The notes under the pieces: generated by a model
Seen by the model: the letters and a program-made list of their open reading frames with translations, nothing else
Database searches by the model: none
What the model was told of the DNA's origin: nothing
Shown here: one piece after another, positions 23,791-36,569 of the stretch
How positions within the stretch are numbered: the first letter of the stretch is position 1
Layout: every line of letters starts with the position of its first letter
NCBI GenBank assembly: GCA_013239625.1
Contig: MU054220.1
Coordinates: 4,217,374-4,281,373, forward strand
DNA length: 64,000 nt
Source of the DNA: Lama guanicoe
Lineage: Eukaryota
Reading direction: 5' to 3'
Translations under genes and position numbers: made by a program

Positions 23791-26700
23791 GTTATTGCAC
23801 TTACATCTTGTGGGGGAGGGGAGGACTATTGACGAGAAGGGGCCGGAGGCGCCCAGGCACTGGGCCCACGGGAGCGCCGACGCCGCTGCGCACCCCCAGT
23901 GCACCCTTTGCTGGGCACAGCCCGAACTGTCTTGTTTGGTTGTTGTTTGCAATAAACTCCTTCTCCTTCCTCCTCTCAACTGGAACCTGTCTGTTTTGTT
24001 CCTGACTTGTGACAGATGAAATGTGATCAGAGGGGCCTCTGAAATCTCACGTTAATTGAAGTCGGCAAAAAATACTAACAGTGCCCTTTTGAACTGCTGA
24101 CACAGTGCAGAATGGATTACCAGGGCTAGATTAACAACAGGTGGCCCTGCCAGGGCTCCTGCACAAAGAGGGGTGCGTGGCCTGCGAGGGGCTGGGGCGC
24201 CCCCCTAACTTTATCCCAGAGGATCTTCCTGCACCGCAGACAGGTAGCAGAGGGGGATGGCGAGGGGGTTAGGGGGCCACCAAGGAGCACGTCCCTGGGA
24301 CGCATCTTGGGGCTGCATCTTAGGGCTGCGGCGGTGGATCCTTTAGCCCCTGCGCCTCAGTATGCCCTACACGGCCAGCGCCTTGAGTCTTCACAGCCGG
24401 CACCGTCAGCCCCTTGATGTCACTTGTATAGTAGGTCTGTGTTTCCAGGGACTGTTCTGAAAGCAGCAGGAGAGCCAGGGCATGGAGGTCCAGGGTGGGG
24501 AGACCTGGCTGCTTGGCAGGAAAAGCGCAGGACAGGCTTCCAGGATAGGCAGGTCTGCGTCCTGGCTCTATACTTAGTGGCTGAGAAAACTTGCAGCAAA
24601 TACAGTCAGGTGATTTTTTAAAGCGAAGCTCTAAATTCACGTTACGAAGCAGAAGTCAGGGAGACCCAGGCTCTGCTACAGAATGTGCGCCTCCTTGCTT
24701 TACAGCATGAAGGTAACTCAAGAAAGAGGCAGTTAGTCTCCAAGGGCCCCCTGTGCCGAGGGGGGAGGCATCTTGGTTCTCCAGATGACCTGACGCTCAA
24801 CTCTCACATCTGAAGGAGGGGAATAAGCCTGTCCCTGCCCAGTTTACCAATGCAGGGGGAGGATTAAATGGAGATGACACGTGCATGGGCTTTGTAAGTT
24901 GATGTGGCAATAGTGACATGAAAGACCACGATTTTTCCCGGGAGAAAGACATCTGCCTCCAAATACTGGCTCTGAGTCCAATAGGAAACTCTTCATCTTC
25001 TCTTTCCTATTGTTTAAACGTTGCTTTCTTGGAGCCATAGTGCAGATTTGGTACCTGTGGGGTAAGTTCTCATGCAGTATAGACCCAGCTGGGTTTTAGA
25101 TTGGCTTGAGATGGGAACTTGCTTTTAAAAATGACCCTTGTCATCTCTTAGGGTCATGGCAGATCTTGGACTCTCCACTAAGTCACTGCCAAGTCCCAGG
25201 GTGGGACCTGAAGCAGAGGGGGAAATGCCTTGTGTACAGAGAGCTACCCGCCTCACACTCCTGCTTTTGTCTGTAGGAGCTGAGCAACCCCAATAACCCA
25301 GAGTCCGGACGAATGCTACTGCCAAAGGGCAGGATGGCTAGATGGGGTCATTTGGGTCTCCCTGGTGATTCAAGTAACCCATCCCTAGGACCTGTGCCTC
25401 TGAGGAGGGTCTCTGGGAGGATCACTCCAGCAGGGATTCCTTGAATATTAATTGTGACTCAGTCCTTCCCTGTCTGGCCACCAGGATCCCTCATTGCTCC
25501 CCAAACCATCTGGGGTCTTTCAATTGGCCACATTACTAGTCTTGCCATCTGTCTGCTTAGAACGCCTGTGCTCTGTCACCAGCCTTCTCTACCAGGAGAG
25601 TTCCTGTTCATCCTCTACGGCTTCCTCCAAATGGTAACAGCCTCTGTGAAGCTTTTTCTTAACCGGTGTCCCACTCCAACTCCCACCTCCAGGCCAGTGG
25701 TTGCTCCGCCCATGCTCCCGCAGAACTGTTTGTAATAGTGTCTCAGCATGTAATACTGTGTGCGTTACCTGTGTACTGGCCTGACTGCCCCACACGCCTG
25801 CAAAGCCGTAGGAAAAGACAGGTTGGTTCGGTTCATATATGAATGCCTCAGAGAATTAGTACATTGAGCAACTGAGTGAATGAATGGGAAGGTGGGAATG
25901 AGCAGAGGCTCTGTTCCGGTTCAGGATGGGAAGAGGAAGGCTAGAGATGAGGGTGGAGTGAACTCAGAGCCTCCGCTTGGCCATGGACCCTGCCCACTCT
26001 CTTCCTCCAGGGTCATGTGCATCCCTGACGAGCCAAGGCTGGGGTAGGAAGCCTGACCTCTTTGTTTAGTATTTCTGGGGTTGGGCCACCACAAGACCAG
26101 CTCCCCAAGTCGGCCTGAGAGGTCTTGTGTCTGAAGGCTCATCTCAAAGCTTTCTCTGGGTCACCCCTAGGCAATCCCCATGCTCCTAAGCCTTCCACAC
26201 CTCCACCCTGCCTCAGGGGTGGTCTGTAGACAGCTTCTTTCCAACCCCCAGAGAAACTGCTCTTCCCTTCAGTGCCTCACCAATCCCATCGCCCCAGGAC
26301 TTGCAAGAACAGTTGCCAGCCTCAGGGCAAGGTGAGCTGGCTGGTCTGTGATTCGGCAGAACCGTTGATCTGGCAGGTGGCGGGTGGGGGCGGGCGGGAG
26401 TGACGCAGTAATGGTGGTCCTTCTCCTCACACAGGACAGACTTGCATGCTCAGCTGCTTGGAAACAATAGGCCCTCCACCAACAGCCCGTCCCCCAAAAT
26501 CGGGCTCAGAAGTGAGAAGATGCATGCCATCTCCAGAGACAATGGGGTGTGAGAGTTGACATTTTCCCAGGAATTCTGTGATTCCAAACAGATTTTCTTC
26601 TTTTAGCTCAACACAGACCAACAGGATTGAGGAAGGGCAAACTTCTGAAAAGAGCTTCAATCTATGACCATGTGTGCACCATGTGTTAAGGTGTTGCCTT

Positions 26701-27834
26701 AACTAGTTGGAAGCAAACCCGCTGTGGGGCCTGTATGAGATGCCCCCAGAGCCCTGCTCAGGGCACGGTTCAGATAACCCAGGGGCTAGAGTGTTCTTGC
26801 CACACCCCCTGAGATTTCTCTTTTGGTTGCATCAAGGACCCCCTCTCCTTCCCTTCTCTGTGCTGTATCCACAATGCATCTCTGTCATTTCCAGGCTCTG
26901 GGGGAAAGGGAGGAGCTCCCTGCTGGTATGACATTAAAACCAACTACACTGTGGAGAGAGAGAATGAAAATGAATGCGTGAGATCGAGAAAGAGATGTGA
27001 GAGAGAGAGAGAGCGTGTGTGTCTGTTGGGAGGACAAGGGAAGGATGAGAAGAATGAAGCACAAAGACAGCCCACATCTCCTCTCCAAGACAGGCTTGAA
27101 CAGAAAGCTCTGTCCAGATGAAGGCACAGAAAAGCACCAGCCAGGAAGCCATGCGGTGAAGTGAGAGACAGGAGAGCTGGATTTAAGAGCTGACTCTGCA
27201 ACTTATTAGCTTGGTTATCTTAGGCAAGACCTTAAAATCCTCTGGTTTTTCAATATTTCCATCTGTAAAATGGGGACAACCAACTCCTTCCTGCTTATCT
27301 CACAGGACGTTAAGTGGTTATGAAGTCCAAAAGATTTAAAATATTTGAAAATAGTGATGAGCTGTAGAGACCAGAGGAATCATGTGCTCTGATGGTTGAG
27401 AAGGGTCTGCTCTGATCACTTCCCCAACCAGAACAGTCATCTGAAAAGCCTTCACCCTTATTCAGCCTCATTTCTAATGCCCCAACCTGGAGTTGGTGCT
27501 CCTGCAAATCTAGGACATATGGTATACTTTCTCATCTTCTTATTTCCTTTCACTCCCCTCAGGTCAAAGTGCCTGCCCAACCTCCCAGCACACCGCTATC
27601 CACATAGTGCCCATCTCTACCTGTTACCTCTCCAAAGCCCACTTCAAGTCTCATCTCCTTAACCAGGTCAGAAGTGATCCCACTCTCCTTCCACATCAAG
27701 AACACAAGAGAAAACACAAAACTGAGGCAATGGGACTGGTGGCAGCCTAGACTTAGAGGTCCTAAGCAAAGAGAGAGACAAAGTGATACCCATCTGTGAT
27801 GACCAAGGAACTGTGAAGAATGATAGAAAAAATA

Positions 27835-30310
27835 ATCACCTTTATTGAGGCATAACTTACATAACGTAAAATGCACCAATTTTACATGTAGATTTGGATG
27901 AGTTTGGACAAATACATATATGCGTGTAACCATCAACACAATCAAAATATAGAACCTTCTCCTCACCCCCAAAAGTTCCCTTGTGTCTCATCCCAATCAG
28001 CCTCCAGCCCCAGGCAATGGTGATTGGCTTTCTGTCACTCTAGATTAGTTATGCTTATTATAAAACTTCTAATAAGTGGAATGTATTTATATATGCAAGA
28101 GTACATCTGTATGTATGTACAGTATGTACTCCTTCGTATCTGGCTTCCCAGGCTCACTTATTTTGGAAACTCACCCATGTTATGTGTCTCAGTAGTTCCT
28201 TATTTTTATGGCTTAGTTGTATTCCACTGTATGGATATACCATAATTTGTCTACCCATTCATCTGTTGTTGAACATTGTTTCCAGGTTTTGGCTATTATG
28301 GGTAAACCTGCTATGAACATCTGTGTACAAGTCTTTGTGTGGATTTTTTTTTTGTTTTTTTTTTAATATAGATGAATGAGTGTTGAATTTTGTCATATGT
28401 CTTTTCTGTATCTGTTGAGATAATCATATGGTTATTCTCCTTTATTCTGTTAATGTTGTGAACTATTTTGATTTGATTTTCAAATATTAGATCAACCTTG
28501 TATTCTTTAGTCATGTTGTTATCATCCTTTTGCATATTGACTGATTCAGTTTGCTTTTTTTTTTTTTAAGGACTTTGTGTCTCTGTTCAGGAGGGCTATT
28601 GGCCTGTAGTTTTCTTTCTTTTCTTTCTTTTTTTTTTTTTTTAAAAATTTTTTTTTTTTTTTGGTAATTTTTTTGTCTGGCTTTTGGTATCAGGGAAAAT
28701 TTTCATATAAAATGAGTTGGGACCTATTTCTTCCTCTTCTGTTTTCTGAAAAGAGTTTGTGTAAGATTGGTATTATTTCTTAACTGTTTGATAGAATTTG
28801 CCAGTAAAACTATGTGGACTTTTAGATTTCTCTTTGTGGGAAGTCTTAAATTATGGATTTGATTGCTTTAACAGGTATGTGGTTATTCAGATTTTCTATT
28901 TCTTCTTCATCACTTTGTGTCTTTCAAAGATTATGTCCATTTTATCTACATTGTAGGCTTTATACAGATAAAGTCTTTATCTGTATAAAGCCTACATGTA
29001 TTTTCCCTTTAAAATTTTTAGAATCTGTACAAATGCTCCATGATTCATGATACTGGTAATTTATATATTCTTTCTTTTTTTCCTTAAACAGTCTAGAGTG
29101 ATTATTGATTTTTTTCAAAGAACTAGTTTTTGTTTAATTGACTTTTCTACATTTTTGTCCATTTTCTATTTATTTCCAAACTTGTCTTTATTGTTTCTTC
29201 CACTTACTTTGTATTTAATTTGCTAATTTTTTCAATTTTTTAAGGTAGTAGCTTAGATAATTGATTTTAGTTTTCTTTTCTAGTATTAGCACATCAAGCT
29301 ATAGATCACCAAGTACTCCACCTGACACATTTAGATACAGTGTTTTCATTTTTCAGTCAGCACAAAATATTTTCTAACTTCTTTTGAGTCTTTATTAACA
29401 CATGTATTTAGAAATATGTTATTTAATTTCTAACTATTAGGGATTTCCCCAGATGTCTCTTATTGATTTAATTCCACTGTGATCAGAGAACATATTATTT
29501 ATGTTTCCACTTCCTCTAAAATTATTGAGACTTATCTTATGGTGTGATGCATTTGTGGTTAATGTTGTATGTGCACCTGAGAAGAATGTGTACTCAGTTA
29601 TTGGTGGATGAAGTGTTCCATAACTGTCAATTAGGCCAAGGCAGTTGACAGTGTTATTCAGGTCATCTATTTCTGATTTTTCTATCAACTTGTGCTGTCA
29701 TTACTGAGGGGAGTGCTGAAACATCCAAATATAATTGTAGTTTTCCTATTTTACTTTCAGTTGTCAACTTCTGCTTTATATATTTTGGAGCACTGTTGTT
29801 AGTGCCTACATATTTTGGATTACTTGTTTTGTCTTCTTGATGAATTGACTCCTTTATCATTATGAATTATTCCTCTGTCACTGTTCCTGTTTTGACGTTT
29901 ATTTTGTCCTTTATTGACATTCATCACTCCTAGTTTCTTGTGGCTCATGTTTGTCTAGTATAATTTTTTCTACCCTTTTACTTTAAGTGTATTTTATAGT
30001 GTTTTCCTTGTGGATCGCATATAATTGCCCTTGCTGCTTAATTCAGAATGATAATCTCTGTCCTTTAATTAAAGTGTTTAGATCATTTACATTTAATGTA
30101 ATTATTGATATGTTGGGATTTAAGTCTACTGTCTTGCTTTTTTATTTGTACCATCTGTTCTTTTTTTACTTTCTTCAGTCAATTCTTTTTGATTGAGTAT
30201 TTTTATGCTATTCCATCTGCATTATTGCCTTGTTAGCTATGCCTCTTTTAAAAATGGTTTTAGCAGGTGCTCTAGGTTTACAATGTGCATCTTTAATTTA
30301 TCACCATCTA
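27835..30310 (-). mobile_element. Old, fragmented LINE-1 (L1M-type): 3' end fragment plus ORF2 endonuclease/linker remnants
   Basis: Minus-strand remnant peptides NHMIISTDTEKTYDKIQH (28311-28535), LIDSYGTLHP..EYTFFSGAH..FSDHSGIK (29437-29688) and MIKESIHQED..KYIKQKLT (29663-29860); T-rich plus strand. Boundaries approximate; may be more than one element. Confidence 0.85.
28952..28996. repeat. Perfect inverted repeat, 22-bp arms with 1-nt spacer
   Basis: tgtaggctttatacagataaag-t-ctttatctgtataaagcctaca; arms are exact reverse complements. Confidence 0.97.
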
Positions 30311-30319
30311 TCTTACAGA

Positions 30320-31465
30320 TGTCTTCTGATTTTCTTCCTAACTCCCTGGCAACTCCTCAGTCTCCTTTTCTGGTTCTTCCTTTTCTTCTCTACCTGTAAA
30401 TCTTAGAGTGAGTCTAGTACATCAGGCCCTGGTCATTTTTTCCTCTATACCTATTCTTACTCTCTGGGTTATCGCATTTAGTTTAATGATTTTAAAGTCT
30501 CATCTGTATATTCAGCCTTAACTTTTCCCATGAGCTCTAGATATCTAACTGCTTAAATAGCACTACCTCTCAGTGTCCAAAAGACATTTCAAACTTCACA
30601 CATCTAGTATGGAGCTCTTGATTTTCCCTCTCACACTTCCCTGCCCTTACCCCTGCAGTCTGCCACATTTCAGTTAATTGTATCACTCAATTACAACAAA
30701 AATGTAGGAGTTATCTGTGAATCCTCTATGATTTTCACCTCGTGTATTCAATTCATGAGTAAGTCCAATATAGATTCTACTCCCAATATATAACTCCTCA
30801 TCACCTCTGTTGCTACTGTCCTAATCTAAGCCACTACCATCTCTCACTTGCACTCCTAAAATCGCCACCTAATTTCCTTTCTTTCATTCTTGCTCCTTAC
30901 TGTCTTTCCTTCATACAGTAGCTGGAATGATCTTTAAACAAAATCCGATTCAGATGTCACTCCACTGCTTAAAGCCTTCCAGTGTCTTCCTATCACACTC
31001 AAAATAAAAACTCAGAACACTTTTGGTCTCCATGGTCCCAACACAATTGGCCCTGGCCTTACTTTTCTGGCATCTCTACCATGCTCTCCACATTAAATAC
31101 ACTGCAGTCACACAGGAGTTCTTGCTGTTCTTAAAGCAAGCTGAGCTTGTTCCTGCCTGAGGGCCTTTCTGCTAGCTCTTCCCTCTGCCTGGTATCCTGG
31201 TGGTCCACTCCTTCTGTGCTTATGTGTCGCTTCTGACCAACCCATCTAAAATATCTCCTCATGCCCAAGTCACTCTCCATCTCCCTGTACTCTGCTTTGT
31301 TTTCTTCATAGCATTTATTGTCATTTGAAATTGTATTCATTTACTTGTTTTGGTTGTCTTCTTTCTTAGGATGTAAACTTGATGAGAGTAGGTATTCTAT
31401 TTTGTTCAGTGCAGCATCTTCGCATTAAGAATAGTATCTGGCACATAATTTAAGTGCTCGATAAT
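30320..31465 (+). mobile_element. LINE-2 3' fragment
   Basis: L2-like text (atctaactgc..caaacttcacacatc..gagctcttgattttccc..tgtcactccactgcttaaagccttccagtg..) ending in the L2 tail tatctggcacataatttaagtgctcgataat. Boundaries approximate. Confidence 0.75.
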
Positions 31466-34400
31466 AGGAATCCACCACATTAGGCTTTTTCTTTTTCAAG
31501 GGAAAAGAATCTTTAGGAGTCACCAGAGTTAAAAACTTAAGTGAAAAGTTACTTTCTCCCGGTTCCTTGTCTGAAAGTGAATTAAATCTTCTTGTTAGAG
31601 ATAATTCTTTTTATTAATAGACTACAGGTTTCTGTTCACAAAAAGATTTATCTACTGAGTGACTAACCAGGCTAATCCATCCTGAGAGGTAGATAATGAT
31701 CTTTAGCCCAAGTTCTGATAGACAGTGCTATGTCCTGCTCAGTCTCATTGGATACTTTCAATGAGTTGTCAAAGCCTGAAGGAGCCAGAAACCACTCCTT
31801 GGGAAATCCTAACTCGGAACACTTCCTAATTTCCAGACTTTCATACAGCGTATAATACTCTGCACTGGGCTGCCAGAGGTTTCCTTTCTATCCTAGCATC
31901 ATCCCAGGTCACCCTCTCCATTGAGATGGTGCAGCCATGGTACTGAAGGGAGCATCTATCTCTATTAATGGATATTCATCTTTTAACTTCCAAAGAAGGG
32001 TCAAGGTACCACTGGCAACAGGAAGATACTATGAGAAGAGAAAAAAAAAATCCTTGCCTCTTCCATGCAAGGTAAGCCCCTCAGGATCTACCAGAGAAAG
32101 ACTATTGGAAATCCTATAGGAGCTGCTGCCACCAATACACAATTTTCGTTAATTACCTCAATTGTGGCTGTTATCCCTTTAATGAGAAACACAGCTTTAG
32201 TTCTAAGCAGGCAGAAAGCTGAAACCTGAAAATCAGCAGATACAAGGCTGCATACAGCCTTTACCATTGAAATTAAGCCACATCCAAAACACAGGGGTAG
32301 GACTCCAAATAGCTTCAGACAGCAGCCAGCCACGCAGGGCCCTCACCAGGCACCGGATGGACGCTCTCCGGACTCGTCAAGACGCCCAAATCCCAAGTGC
32401 TCATTTCAATAACATAAGAAAATAAACATGGGGCTTATTTATAGCACAGGAAAGGGACTGGGGCAAAAGAACTGCTCATTCAGTAATCCACCCTGACGGG
32501 GCCAGATAGGATCCAGACCCCCAAGCTCTCTGGTAACAGGGTGAGCAGAAATAGGGGCCGGAAGAGGGCTGGCTGCCAGCATCACCAGGTACAATATGGT
32601 AAGGGCCCTGGTTAAGGAGAGGGGAAGAGACCTGATACATTGCTCTGCCGCACCCACCCAGGTCTACGTGCTCTTGCCATCTTCAATTTCTGGTTGAGGA
32701 AATGAAGGTATGGGAGTGGACTCCCTCAAGGCCAAGGAAGGCCCAGGTTCAACTCAAAGGAAGGTGCTATGAGAAGAGGAAATTTTAAAAAATCCTTGCA
32801 TCCTCCAGGCACCAGAGAAGATGGCGTTAACAGAATCCTCATTTACAGTTGGGACTAACATCTATGTGTATAGTCTCAGGCCAGTGATGGGCTCGCACCA
32901 GCTTCCAGAGCATCTTACAGGGCTCACAAACTCCCGCTGGAACTGCAGTTCCTTGAGATCAAGACTGTGTCTTAGTCTGTCTCCTGGACCTAGCGCAGGG
33001 TCCAGCAAAGAGTATATTTTGATGAATGAATGAACAATTAGAAAAACTGAATGACTAAATGCTCTTACCTCTTCTGGATCAGTAACTACCTGGTTGCTCT
33101 TCAGCTGTGATTACCAGAAAACCAGTCATTCTTTGAGCTTATTCTTGGGCATAGTAGCTAGTGATCTAAGTTGGTGGCTATAAATAAGAGCCTAAATAGA
33201 TATACTCTGAAGGAAAGGCTCTGCAGGATGGGTGGAGTGGCTGGTGGCTTGGGTCTGAGACATGTGGGTTCTGGTCCCTGCTCAGTCAGCAGCTGTCACT
33301 CCACGTGCAGCTCCCGAGACGCTGTAGATGAGATGGCGCTTTGCTGAGGAAACCTCTAGCAGACACAGCTGCCTGGTACCTCTCGAGAGCCATCCAGGCA
33401 TCCTTCCCTTTCTTCATCTCTGCCTGACAGCACTGTGCCCTTCAGGGAGACTGGGAAGAGATGCAACCGGGGGCCCAACCAGTTGCGAACAGAAGAAAGG
33501 AAAAACCTCCACCCTGAAAAGATCGGAAATTTGAGGAAACAAAATGTCAGATACAGATGCTGGTGACTCAACAATTTCTTGAAAAGGAAAGAGGCCCGGA
33601 GGGCTGGGAGAGGGGGCCAAACTGCCCAGTCACCTTCCCGGTGTTGCCAGCAATGGGGAGCCTAAAATGAAAAAGCCATGGCACCAGGCTGCCTGGGCAG
33701 ACTGCACCCCTCCCTGGGGACCGGGAGGTCACAGGGCCTGACTCGGGGGTCTCTTGACAGTCTATTTCATCGAGGTGGAAGAGCGACTGTGGGTTGAGCT
33801 TAGAATGCTCCTGCCTAAAGAGAGGGGGAAACCTTACAACTGAGAGTGGAGACCTGCCTGCTAACTTTCCTCTGCCGGGAGCGGCTCGATGACGCTGGTC
33901 TGTTCAGATGGGCAGACCAGGCCTGGTTGGCATAATGGGGCCAAAAGCTGTTCCTGATTTTACTCAGAAGCAGAAAATGGTGAGTATCAAACACTGGCCT
34001 CGGATAGGAGCCCCGGGACTTGGGACAGAGCTCGGGGTGAGGAGAGCAGCCAGCCCCCAGGGTTCGGATGCCTTCGGGCCCTCGGTTTGAAGCTCGAGTC
34101 ACTTCCCAAGCCCTTATGGATGGCAACCGCCAGCCATCATGGTTGGCACTCCTGCCAGGACTGCTCCCCAGGAACTGGCTGAAGGGGCTCGGGGCCAGTT
34201 GAGCATCCTCTGCGTCAGCATCTCCGCAACAGGGCTGCCTGGGGAATAGCCTGCTGCGGCTTCTGCTGCTACAAAACGATGACCAACAGAAAAGGAAAAA
34301 GCACCCTATCCTCAAAGACACTACTGTCCCTAAAACACAGGAAACCCACGAGGCTCTGGGTGGCTGGCTGATGGAGAACCTCCAACACCCAAAACCTCTC

Positions 34401-36569
34401 CCCTCTCGGCTGGGTTCCCATGGGATCTTGCAATTGTAGAGCCAGGGAGGGTCCCCCAGAACTGAACCACTTCTCGACTCGGTCTCTGCTTCATCTATTT
34501 CTTAAGTCTACCATCAAAGGGTCTCAGATTTGAACCCAACAACTGGACCTTTGGAACTTGTGGCTAGAAGCCTGCTGCCTTTCAGTGGTAAGGATCCTCC
34601 GGACAGAGACCATCCCAGGAGGAAGCTGGGATCTCAGAATTATTGGCAATCCCTTCAGCAAATGAGCACAGAGGCTGCCTGTCTCTTCCACCTCCAGTCC
34701 TGGTCAGCACAGGCCAAGATGACGGTCACTTTTTCCAAAGGCTGCAGAGAAACGAGCTCCTAAAAACCACAAGTTGGAAGCACAGAATGCTTTGACCTTC
34801 ATGACGCTGAGTAAGAAGAGGCGACAGGATAGCATCATTTCCAGGAAAGAACCAGAGATTCTGAGAATAAAAGTTGATATCTTCCTCTTTAATTTTCCCA
34901 GAAAAGGTTTTTGCCTAAACATGTGTGAGGCTTGGTAAAATACACGAGATAAGAATATTAGCAGCTATCTAATGTTAACTAGCATGAAAGTGTTTCCAAC
35001 CTTGGCATTCCAAGTGGGCCCACCCCAATTAGCAGAGGCAAGTGACTTAGTGCACACATTTGGGCCAAGGCCAGGGCCAGCTTGGGTTCATCGCCTGCAT
35101 AGGCCAGTAGGGTGCAATTTCTTAAAAAAAGAATTTCTTAATCTAAAACCAGCTGTTGTCTGTTGTAGGCCAGAACATGACATTTTAATTAGCATTATTG
35201 TTCCGCTTCTGAAACCAGGCCTATGGCACCCCAGGGGCAGATGATCCAGCCCAAGCTTATGGGTGAGGTTTGCTGGTGAGCAGCTCAGAAATACACCACC
35301 ACAGGGGTGGAGCCCCTAGTCCGCTCTGAACCCATGAATCACGATCACTTGCTACTTTCCTGTCCTGAATTTCTCCTTGTGACCTGCACCCCCTGTCTGT
35401 TCCTAGGATAGAAGCACTGAGGTTTGTTTCTAGTGCCTAGGATGTAATACTCATTCTGTAATTTGAATCCTTTTATGCTATGTCCCAAGATCTAATCCCC
35501 AATATTTCTGGGGGTAGTAAGTTACTTGAAATGAAGTTTTAATGCCTTTAGAAGTCCAATGACTCCTAAGAAGGTGATAGAGGCACCCTGACTCAGTCCC
35601 AATGAGCTCAGATTGAAGCATTTCTCTTCTAGAATCAAAGAGCTGACACAGAGAGAGAGAGGGAGAGGAAGGAGGAAGGAGGGAGGAATGGAGTGAGGGA
35701 GGGAGGATGAATTTAGCCTGAGAGGGAGAACTGGACTCTAAACCAGCCACTAAGGTAGTGCAGTCAGCGCCGGGAGAAGAGCACACTGCTACATACTGAG
35801 GGTGAGACAACACACATGCAGCGTTAGCGCAGTTCTTGGCTTTTAGCCAGGACCTAAAGGCCCTTTCCTTCTACCTGCCCCAAATCTTGGAAAACACACT
35901 AGAGAACCCCTAGAAAGGTTAGAGGTACTCAGTGTGTCAGCTACCGGTATCTGAGTGACAACAGAAATCCCCTTCTCTCAGTTTCTGTCATTCTAGCCCC
36001 AGTAGTATGAAGATGAGCCCTAAGTGCCTTCGCTTATCCCCTCTTGACTGGTGTCTGCAGTTGCAATACACTGAATAACTCACAGCTTCAGTGTCTGCAC
36101 CTGCAAGATGAATGGAGCTGATACCTCCTCCCTCCCACCAGGAACAGTCCACGACTCTGCCGCTCCTTAATATGAAACTCTCATCATTTCCACTTTCAAT
36201 TTTGCTACTTCTGAAAGTTTTCTTTGGCCTCTCAAAGTCTACGGGAACACATTTGAAGTAACTCGTGTTAAAACTGCAAGTTTAAAAACTATCACATGAG
36301 ACCTGCTCACCTTCACGTCATTCAGCAGAACAATGGGTGCTGAATGAGTTAGGTTAGACCGGCACACAACTAGGTTTCAGCAATTATATCCGTATTCCAA
36401 GCAAACTGTTGTGTATTTCGTGTTCTGGGGACATATGTTATGGTTAAAGCCCAAACTGGCTAATCTTAATACTAGAGCCAGATAAATCTGTTTCGAATCC
36501 ATAACATCTAATGTTGCCAGAGTAGATTTGTTCATCAGCGGGGCTTAAAGAGGTATAATTCACACATGT

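Noticed and set aside
26371..26384. Possible CTCF sites (tggcaggtggcggg here; also ccaccaaggagcac ~24277 and ccaccaggggcac ~37653)
   Set aside because: Each has mismatches at conserved motif positions; cannot be supported without a PWM scan or ChIP data.
32180..32196. TAATGAGAAACACAGCT as a Coordinator motif
   Set aside because: The E-box position is not CANNTG.
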